A stretch of 64,000 nt of DNA, from the NCBI GenBank assembly GCA_950097015.1, contig CATNEN010000038.1:33666001-33730000 (forward strand). Direction: 5' to 3'. The stretch comes from Macrostomum hystrix. Its lineage: Eukaryota > Animalia > Platyhelminthes. Below, in pieces: positions 1-8,636 of this stretch. A program made the translations under genes and the position numbers. The notes under the pieces are model-generated. The model saw only the letters and a program-made list of their open reading frames with translations, had not been told where the DNA came from and did not search any database. Numbering within the stretch: position 1 is the first letter of the stretch; each line of letters starts with the position of its first letter.

Positions 1-25
1 AAATCGAAGTGCTATTACTGCTTTC

Positions 26-1750
26 TTGACTGAGAAGAGTGATAAATTTGCTGATGCATGCAAGCCATATGTTGCGGCATTAGTTCGTCTGGGCGAGTAT
101 TTAAAGACGAAGTTCAATAAACTAATTACTGAATTGGAACTGACTGCCGAATTGGACTCTTTTAAAATAGCTAGCGCTTGCTATGGAAAGTCTCGTAACC
201 AAGACAAAAAGCGTGCAGAAATAGCTCGACGGCTCAAATTAGATCGATTCATACTTCATTCAGATGAACTCCAGGCAGTATTTAATGTGATACAAGAGTT
301 TAAAGCCAAAGCTGAGGACGATCTTGACTCTGAAGAGTGTGTAATATTTCTAGGCTTGAATTTTACCATTTCTCCACAAGGCGCAAATCGTCCTGATGTA
401 GTTTCGAAAGCAAAAGTTAGCGAATTTCTGCAGTGGAAGAATGACATTAACATGGATCCTGCCGCATTCTTTGAAGTTCACGAGCACAAGACAGCAGAAG
501 ATGGTCCTGTTTTTATCTATGCTGCTGACATAAAGGATCTTCTACTTTCGTATGGAGAACATAGGCTTGAGTCTGGTGCGAAGCCGAATGAAAATTTTTT
601 TCTGTTTAAGGCAAGGAATCACTCGTTTGCAACCTTCCTGCGAGAAAAGAGACGGAAATTCCCGTCACTTCTTGCACTAAGCCGAATATCTCCGAACATA
701 GTTCGGCATGTCTTCGAAACTAAAAGCCGAGAGGTGAATGACAATGACACGCAACATTTAGTCAACCGTGCTTTGAATCATTCACATGCTACTGCTACAA
801 AGTCGTACATGGCAAGTACCCAAACACATGCCCGAGCAGCTAGTAAAGCTCTTCAGAACACTATCAGTCATTTTCTCAAGCGAGATGCTGCCAGCTCAAG
901 CGAAACTACTGACCAAGATCTGCAGAGCACCAGCAGTCAAGTTCTCCAACGAGGTTCAGCCAGCTCAAAGCGAGATACTGCCGGCTCAAAGCGAGATGCT
1001 GCCAGCTCAAAGCGAGATGCTGCCAGCTCAAAGCGAGATGCTGCCAGCTCAAAGCGAGATGCTGCCAGCTCAAAGCGAGATGCTGCCAGCTCAAGCGAAG
1101 CTACTGACAAAGATCTGCAGAGCACCAGTAGTCAAGTTCTCCAACGAGGTTCATCCGGCTCAAAGCGAGATGCTGCCAGCTCAGGAAAAGCTAACAGAGC
1201 TAGCGCCCCAAAGCCGTCGAAATTGCCACGAAATTTCGGAATTGTTGATCTTGATGACGACTCTGATGCTCTTAGTGCCTTTACTGAAGCTAAAAAGCAT
1301 CCCAGCAAAGAAGACACGCATCCAAACACGAAATTTCATGTTGTCACTTTTAATAAGCCAATGGCGGAAAAAAGACGTGCTTCTGATGATAAAAAAGAAA
1401 GTAATACGAAGAGTCATATAAAAAAAAGCAGGCGACTGCAACACGAAAAGCTGTGCGAGTCGTACGACTGTGGCGACATTGTATGTGCCAAGTACTCTAA
1501 CTATCCGTTCTGGCCTGCAATGATCTGCAACGATCCACGAAGCAACAGTCACTTCCGGCAACAAGAGCTGCATGTGCAGTTCTTTGAAAGTCCACCTACT
1601 CGTATGTGGATCAAGCTTGGAAATGTTAAGCCATTTGATTCATCTGACAGGCCACAGCAGGCTGATTCAGAGCTACTCGCTGCATTCACAACCGCTTACG
1701 AAGCTACACTGTTCCTTCCCGATGAACGACTGAATCGCTATCTTGTTTAG
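26..1750 (+). CDS. Tyrosine recombinase (Crypton-like/phage-integrase fold) fused to a C-terminal PWWP domain; 5' part probably lies outside the window
   Basis: YR catalytic set in the expected order: R in GANRPDVV (codon 389-391), K in HEHKT (485-493), H-x-x-R variant PNIVRH (R 704-706), H in ALNHS (779-781), Y in ATKSY (806-808). PWWP: YDCGDIVCAKYSNYPFWPAMI...LHVQFFESPPTRMWIKLGNVKPF (~1463-1640) followed by a helical tail. The ORF call starts at TTG near the window edge. Confidence 0.8.
   Translation: MTEKSDKFADACKPYVAALVRLGEYLKTKFNKLITELELTAELDSFKIASACYGKSRNQDKKRAEIARRLKLDRFILHSDELQAVFNVIQEFKAKAEDDLDSEECVIFLGLNFTISPQGANRPDVVSKAKVSEFLQWKNDINMDPAAFFEVHEHKTAEDGPVFIYAADIKDLLLSYGEHRLESGAKPNENFFLFKARNHSFATFLREKRRKFPSLLALSRISPNIVRHVFETKSREVNDNDTQHLVNRALNHSHATATKSYMASTQTHARAASKALQNTISHFLKRDAASSSETTDQDLQSTSSQVLQRGSASSKRDTAGSKRDAASSKRDAASSKRDAASSKRDAASSKRDAASSSEATDKDLQSTSSQVLQRGSSGSKRDAASSGKANRASAPKPSKLPRNFGIVDLDDDSDALSAFTEAKKHPSKEDTHPNTKFHVVTFNKPMAEKRRASDDKKESNTKSHIKKSRRLQHEKLCESYDCGDIVCAKYSNYPFWPAMICNDPRSNSHFRQQELHVQFFESPPTRMWIKLGNVKPFDSSDRPQQADSELLAAFTTAYEATLFLPDERLNRYLV
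878..1181 (+). repeat. In-frame 21-bp coding tandem repeat (SSKRDAA) plus a duplicated ~85-bp block in the YR-PWWP linker
   Basis: gctgccagctcaaagcgagat repeated about 6 times at 960-1092; the block SSSE(T/A)TD(Q/K)DLQSTSSQVLQRGS occurs twice. Confidence 0.9.
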
Positions 1751-1789
1751 AACCTCCTGCGCGCAATTTTTCTAAGCTTTCTTAGGAAA

Positions 1790-4640
1790 ACCGGGCATTA
1801 AGATGCGAGTATTTACTTTTTGTCAATAATGAAGCGCTGTAATTCAGCCATATTTGGCGCATTTAATGTTTCGTTCAATGTGTTTTTTTTCAACCATTTT
1901 TATGCGCAACTCGCTTCCTATGCTACAGCTCAATCTTCATCAGTGCCGCATTAAACAGCGACTCAGAGTTGGGTTTTCACTCACTATATTACTTTGCAGT
2001 AGAATGAAAGAAAATTCGCTTCTAAATTGTCACATGAATCTAATTTTCCATAGCCCACATCTGAGGCGTCATTTTTATAAACATGCAGTAGTTTTCCATA
2101 GCCCACATCTGACGCGTCATTTTTCTAAACACACAGTAGTTTTCCATAGCCCACATCTGACGCGTCATTTTTCTGAACATCGTAAGTGAAACCTTGCTCT
2201 GATCGCGGGCATTGAGATACTTATTTTTTGTCAATAATGAAGCGCTGTAATTCAGCCATATTTGGCGCATTTAATTTTTCGTTCATTGTGCTATTTTTCA
2301 ACCATTTTTATGCGCAACTCGCTTCCTACGCTACAGCTCAATCTTCATCAGTGCCGCATTAAACAGCGACTCAGAGTTGGGTTTTCACTCACTATATTAC
2401 TTTCCAGTAGAATGAAAGAAAATTCGCTTCTAAATTGTCACATGAATCTAATTTTCCATAGCCCACATCTGAGGCGTCATTTTTATAAACACGCAGTAGT
2501 TTTCCATAGCCCACATCTGATGCGTCATTTTTCTAAACACACAGTAGTTTTCCATAGCCCACAGCTGACGCGTCATTTTTCTAAACACACAGTAGTTTTC
2601 CATAGCCCACAGCTGACGCGTCATTTTTATAAACACGCAGTAGTTTTCCATAGCCCACAGCTGACGCGTCATTTTTATAAACACGCAGTAGTTTTCCATA
2701 GCCCACATCTGACGCGTCATTTTTCTAAACATCGTAAGTGAAACCTTGCTCTGATCGCGGGCATTGAGATACTTATTTTTTGTCAATAATGAAGCGCTGT
2801 AATTCAGCCATATTTGGCGCATTTAATTTTTCGTTCATTGTGCTATTTTTCAACCATTTTTATGCGCAACTCGCTTCCTATGCTACAGCTCAATCTTCAT
2901 CAGTGCCGCATTAAACAGCGACTCAGAGTTGGGTTTTCACTCACTATATTACTTTGCAGTAGAATGAAAGAAAATTCGCTTCTAAATTGTCACATGAATC
3001 TAATTTTCCATAGCCCACATCTGACGCGTCATTTTTCTAAATATGCAGTAGTTTTCCATAGCCCACATCTGACGCGTCATTTTTCTGAACATCGTAAGTG
3101 AAACCTTGCTCTGATCGCGGGCATTGAGATACTTATTTTTTGTCAATAATGAAGCGCTGTAATTCAGCCATATTTGGCGCATTTAATTTTTCGTTCATTG
3201 TGCTATTTTTCAACCATTTTTATGCGCAACTCGCTTCCTATGCTACAGCTCAATCTTCATCAGTGCCGCATTAAACAGCGACTCAGAGTTGGGTTTTCAC
3301 TCACTATATTACTTTGCAGTAGAATGAAAGAAAATTCGCTTCTAAATTGTCACATGAATCTAATTTTCCATAGCCCACATCTGAGGCGTCATTTTTCTAA
3401 ACACACAGTAGTTTTCCATAGCCCACAGCTGACGCGTCATTTTTATAAACACGCAGTAGTTTTCCATAGCCCACAGCTGACGCGTCATTTTTATAAACAC
3501 GCAGTAGTTTTCCATAGCCCACATCTGACGCGTCATTTTTCTAAATATGCAGTAGTTTTCCATAGCCCACACATTACGCGTCATTTTTCTAAACACACAG
3601 TAGTTTTCCATAGCCCACATCTGACGCGTCATTTTTCTGAACACGCAGTAGTTTTCCATAGCCCACATCTGACGCGTCATTTTTCTAAACATCGTAAGTG
3701 AAACCTTGCTCTGATCGCGGGCATTGAGATACTTATTTTTTGTCAATAATGAAGCGCTGTAATTCAGCCATATTTGGCGCATTTAATGTTTCGTTCAATG
3801 TGTTTTTTTTCAACCATTTTTATGCGCAACTCGCTTCCTATGCTACAGCTCAATCTTCATCAGTGCCGCATTAAACAGCGACTCAGAGTTGGGTTTTCAC
3901 TCACTATATTACTTTCCAGTAGAATGAAAGAAAATTCGCTTCTAAATTGTCACATGAATCTAATTTTCCATAGCCCACATCTGAGGCGTCATTTTTATGA
4001 ACACGCAGTAGTTTTCCATAGCCCACATCTGACGCGTCATTTTTCTAAACACACAGTAGTTTTCCATAGCCCACAGCTGACGCGTCATTTTTCTGAACAT
4101 GCAGTAGTTTTCCATAGCCCACATCTGACGCGTCATTTTTATAAACACACAGTAGTTTTCAATGGCCCACATCTGAGGCGTCATTTTTATAAACATGCAG
4201 TAGTTTTCCATAGCCCACATCTGACGCGTCATTTTTCTAAACACACAGTAGTTTTCCATAGCCCACAGCTGACGCGTCATTTTTATAAACACGCAGTAGT
4301 TTTCCATAGCCCACATCTGACGCGTCATTTTTCTAAACACACAGTAGTTTTCCATAGCCCACAGCTGACAGCTGACAGCTGACACAGTAGTTTTCCATAG
4401 CCCACAGCTGACCCGTCATTTTTCTAAACATCGTAAGTGAAACCTTGCTCTGATCGCGGGCATTGAGATACTTATTTTTTGTCAATAATGAAGCGCTGTA
4501 ATTAAGCCATATTTGGCGCATTTAATTTTTCGTTCATTGTGCTATTTTTCAACCATTTTTATGCGCAACTCGCTTCCTATGCTACAGCTCAATCTTCATC
4601 AGTGCCGCATTAAACAGCGACTCAGAGTTGGGGTTTTCAC
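1790..4640. repeat. Composite (higher-order) tandem array: ~264-bp core plus a variable number of 48-bp subunits containing the palindrome TGACGCGTCA
   Basis: Equivalent positions at 1854, 2262, 2814, 3174, 3774 and 4513 give unit lengths of 408, 552, 360, 600 and 739, i.e. 264 + 3, 6, 2, 7 and ~10 x 48 bp. The 48-mer is gtagttttccatagcccacatctgacgcgtcatttttctaaacacaca. Confidence 0.95.
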
Positions 4641-5562
4641 TCTCTATATATTCTCTTAATTTCGCTTTCAAATAATCAAGCAAATAAAGTTTTCCATGGC
4701 CTACATCTTTTTTTAAAGTTTTTGTTGTTTAAAGTTGAAAGCATATCCAAATCAAGTTCGGCTTTGTGTTTTCAACGAATTTGTCGTCCTATACAACTTC
4801 TGGGTAGTAAACTACTAGCGTACAAGTAGTCGTTAACATGGAATGTGCTGCAAATTTATGAATTTGTTCTAATATTTCTTTTTTATTGACACTCGTAAAA
4901 TTAAAAAGTGCATGAAGAAGATACTGAATTTGCACATTTTTTACTATAGTACTGAATGAGGCAGTGAAGTATGAAGTTGATAAATCTGACGCGTCATTTT
5001 TAGGGGTCTCAGTTTGACATTCATGGAACTGACACAGTAAGTGAAATCTTCTATGGAAATCTAACGCGTCATTCCTTACGCAGTACTAAACTTGAAGTTT
5101 TAATTTAGTAGAAAAATGACGCATCGTTCTTTAGCACGTTAAAGTATTTAGTACTTCGCACTGAAAGTTGAAGTACTGTACATACTCGTAGTACAGTATT
5201 CTATTCTTCCGCACCCACATGTAGTAACTTTCATTTAGTTTCAGTATTAGTATTAGGTAAGTAAATTAGTATTAATATTACTATATTCATAGCATTATCG
5301 ACGTTATCGTACATTTCTCCAAATTGGACATCAGATTAAACTGCTCGGTAGTGCACTGCATATTTTGATTTCTAGCTTCTGTAAGTGATAAATTTTTAAA
5401 TACCGAATCGTGTACCGAAGTTACCCATCATCGTGTGTATATTTCCATTAATATTTATTGTTCAACAGACAGGACTCTGTAGTTCAGAATCTATATACAA
5501 CCAAGTTTCTGTGCATTGGTTTAAGAGTGAAATGCAAGTGCTGACAAACTCTGCTATAAAAT

Positions 5563-5579
5563 GGTTAGGGTTAGGGTTA
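5563..5579 (+). repeat. Short telomere-like (TTAGGG)n tract
   Basis: ggttagggttagggtta, about 130 bp before the inferred end of the YR element. Confidence 0.7.
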
Positions 5580-5706
5580 CGGTTTGCGGAATTTAAAATT
5601 TTGTGTCGCTACCATAAGACTACACTAGCGTCATTTTAGCGTCATTTTTCAGTACTTTCTAAAAATTATCGCTACGTCAGAATTCCACTTCTGCGTCATT
5701 CACCTA

Positions 5707-6125
5707 CCCATATTGGCCCACATATGCTGCCACATATACTGGCCCATATTGGCTCACATATGCTGGCCCATATTGGCCCACATATACTGGCCCATATTGG
5801 CCCACATACGCTGGTTCATATTGGCCCACATATACTGGCCCATATTGGCCCACATATGCTGGCCCATATTGGCCCACATATACTGGCCCATATTGGCCCA
5901 CATACGCTGGTTCATATTGGCCCACATATACTGGCCCATATTGGCCCACATATGCTGGCCCATATTGGCTCACATATACTGGCCCATATTGGCTCACATA
6001 TGCTGGCCCATATTGGCCCACATATACTGACCCATATTGGCCCATATTGGCCCACATATCCCAGCCTATATTGGCCTACATATACTGGCCCATATTGGCC
6101 CACATACGCTGGCCCATATTGGCTG
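5707..6125. repeat. Left subterminal 24-bp tandem repeats of the EnSpm element
   Basis: (ggcccatattggcccacatatact)n, the reverse complement of the 14618-15200 array. Confidence 0.95.
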
Positions 6126-6428
6126 GTCCATATATTATAGCGCATAGGGCCAAAGTAATTACTAATTACTATAAAAAACAAGTACCTATTTCTCTTTAAT
6201 ACGGCTTGCCTCTTAAATATTTACTTGCCATGTAACTAATTGTGAATGGATTGTGAATGAGCAATGCTTGTATTGCGCAAAACTTGCACAGCAACATGTG
6301 TAGGATACAAGTAGGAAACAAATTAATAGAAAGATTGTAACGCATGGATTGATTGGTTGACTGAAAGGTTCAGTCATGTAGGACACATTTGGTTTTCATA
6401 ACCACATACTCTCCGCTGCATCTATAGT

Positions 6429-7286
6429 CTAGGTTTTCTTCTTCGCTTCAGCAGCTGACAGATCCCGCAATGGCCGCTTACGACGAGGCAACGACTTCAT
6501 AGCTTCGATAGGCGCTTCAGGGGGTGTAGGGGGCATCTCGATTGCCCAAAACTGGGCATCGCCAGTTCGAATCTTCGGCTGGTTGCTGCGATGCCTGCCG
6601 GCCACCTGTAGCCTCTTTCTTCGACTCTCAGGCGACAGATCGGCAAACCAGGCCTCGCAGTCCGGACAACAGTGCGCCTGGAGCTCCAGTCTGTCCTCTT
6701 TGCGTCGGCAGACATGCACACAGGCCGGCCCGGAGCTTCTCTCTGGAAGCCGATTGTAATCCGCTCGAATTTCAGCCGCCGTCTTTCCTTCGAATATGCC
6801 GCCTAAGGCGTGCCGACGAACCCCGTCTCTGGGGCCTGCGGCCTCAGACCCATCATCGCCGCACTCGCCGGGGCCCTGGGTCTCAGACCCATCATCGTCG
6901 CCGCACTCGCCGGGGCCCTGGGTCTCAGACCCATCATCGTCGCCGCACTCGCCGGGGCCCTGGGTCTCAGACCCATCATCGTCGCCGCACTCGCCGGGGC
7001 CCTGGGTCTCAGACCCGCCAACGCCAGGGTCCTCTGTGGACGCAGCCATGGGACGCAGTGGTGTGTGCATAGTAACAGAAGGCCAAGTCAGCGACATGAC
7101 TTGCGTGGGCGGCAGCTCGTCACAGTTCACAATTGCGCGGCACTGACGCACATGCGCGCTTGTGTTGAATGTAGGAGACGTCGGTCGAGGGTCACGCAGC
7201 CGGCGAACCTCCGCACGCAAGACCCCGTTTTCTTCCTGGATTGCCGCACACACAGCGCACGTTGCCGCGTGGGTCCAGTGATCCAT
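6429..7286 (-). CDS. Compact CtIP/Sae2 (RBBP8/Ctp1/COM1-family) homologue carried inside the transposon, 285 aa
   Basis: The C-terminal VCRRKEDRLELQAHCCPDCEAWFADLSPESRRKRLQVAGRHRSNQPKIRTGDAQFWAIEMPPT is colinear with the SAE2 domain of CtIP as recalled ([42 protein letters not shown]...TPENFWEVGFPST): CxxC at 6657-6668, RHR at 6588-6596, FW at 6546-6551. N-terminal CAVC plus a coiled coil; basic C-terminal tail. Intact ORF. Confidence 0.85.
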   Translation of the reverse strand: MDHWTHAATCAVCAAIQEENGVLRAEVRRLRDPRPTSPTFNTSAHVRQCRAIVNCDELPPTQVMSLTWPSVTMHTPLRPMAASTEDPGVGGSETQGPGECGDDDGSETQGPGECGDDDGSETQGPGECGDDDGSETQGPGECGDDGSEAAGPRDGVRRHALGGIFEGKTAAEIRADYNRLPERSSGPACVHVCRRKEDRLELQAHCCPDCEAWFADLSPESRRKRLQVAGRHRSNQPKIRTGDAQFWAIEMPPTPPEAPIEAMKSLPRRKRPLRDLSAAEAKKKT

Positions 7287-8289
7287 CAGTAAGCTGTGAC
7301 TAGCTGTAAACGAAAGGGATCTTGAAGCGTTACTCTGACCACCTGATGAACATCCGGAAATATATATTAAAACGAAGCCCTATACGTACATACAATTTAC
7401 AAAAATTCTATCGCCATAAAAGCTGTATATTTATTACAGACTAATATATAATCCAGTACGGAACGACTCAAATATGACCCACAGTAGCATAAGAGTAGCC
7501 CTTTGGTGTTGGCAACCGGGATATGAACTGTAACAATTGCTTTGAATTATATTTATGAAATTATTTTGAAGGTATGAAACTTAAGGTAGAGGACAAAAAA
7601 TTATAAAAGACGCAAACTGCCAATACGTCAAGCTGCGGTGTCTGAAGAGTGTATACATACTTGCATTGACAGCACATACAGACAGCTGACTTGACAGCCG
7701 ATAACGTACCGTATTAAAGCGTATTAAAGGAGAGTGTATTAACTTTGTTCAACGGGAAGAGCAGGAACGTGGAACCACTTTCATTAACACGGCCAGCAAC
7801 GTGGCCACCAAATGCGGCATTTACCCTGTACGTTATTTGGGTAAGTATAGTACACGATATGTACTATCGTGTACTAAATATGTACTAAAATATGTACTAA
7901 AATATGTACTAAAAGAAGCATATGTAAAAAAATTCTACGGGATAACGGCGCAGTGTATACAAGGTGATACAAGTGCATACAAAAATGGCCGAAAAAGATC
8001 CTTTGTGTAGAAAGAGGACATGGCAATCGAGAATGGTGAATAAAGGAATTGCCAACGCCTGGAGCTGACAAAAATGCTGCTTCAGAGCAGCTAAATATCT
8101 TTATATCGCGAGTTTATATCGCCTCAATGACTCCTCTGCACCTATCTCAAATTATTTTCGAATACCCTTTCCCCCTGGGCTGAGCACTATGCTCCGTGTA
8201 CTCGTGCTTCTTTTTTCTATATAGTTTAGACTGCCTCAGCTTGCCCATTTGTATGCATCCACACTGCGAGCAGCGTGTCTCTGTATATA

Positions 8290-8482
8290 CAGACATGCAC
8301 ACAGGCCGGCCCGGAGCTTCTCTCTGGAAGCCGATTGTAATCCGCTCTAATTTCCACCACCGTCTTTCCTTCGAATATGCCGCCTAAGGCGTGCCGACGA
8401 ACCCCGTCTCTGGGGCCTGCGGCCTCAGACCCATCATCGCCGCACTCGCCGGGGCCCTGGGTCTCAGACCCATCATCGCCGC
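8290..8482 (-). repeat. Partial near-identical duplicate of the CtIP-like ORF (copy of ~6709-6899)
   Basis: cagacatgcacacaggccggcccggagcttctctctggaagccgattg...gtctcagacccatcatcg occurs at both positions. Confidence 0.9.
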
Positions 8483-8636
8483 ATCATCATCATATATATT
8501 CTCGGGATCGGGATCGGGATTGGGATATATATATATACTCGGGATCGAGTACCTTCAACCCTTAATCGATACTTTATCACTTTGAAACCTTCAAGACGAA
8601 CAAATCAGTTACAAAATCACTGCGGGGAACAATCGC

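Larger units (their letters stand above)
1..5706 (+). mobile_element. Putative YR-encoding element (right part): YR-PWWP ORF, palindrome array and GCGTCATT-rich subterminal region
   Basis: The GCGTCATT motif of the array recurs at ~4990, ~5066, ~5628, ~5639 and ~5693, then stops abruptly where the EnSpm subterminal repeats begin (5707). The boundary is inferred. Confidence 0.45.

Noticed and set aside
1790-4640. CRISPR-like appearance of regularly spaced palindromic repeats; repeated ORFs MAHL...
   Set aside because: The intervening sequences are identical rather than unique spacers, there are no cas genes, and the context is eukaryotic. The ORFs start at TTG and simply follow the repeat.
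5704-6181. GQYGP/WPILAH repeat ORFs (also 14544-15375)
   Set aside because: Open in several frames on both strands because of the 24-bp period; they are transposon subterminal repeats.
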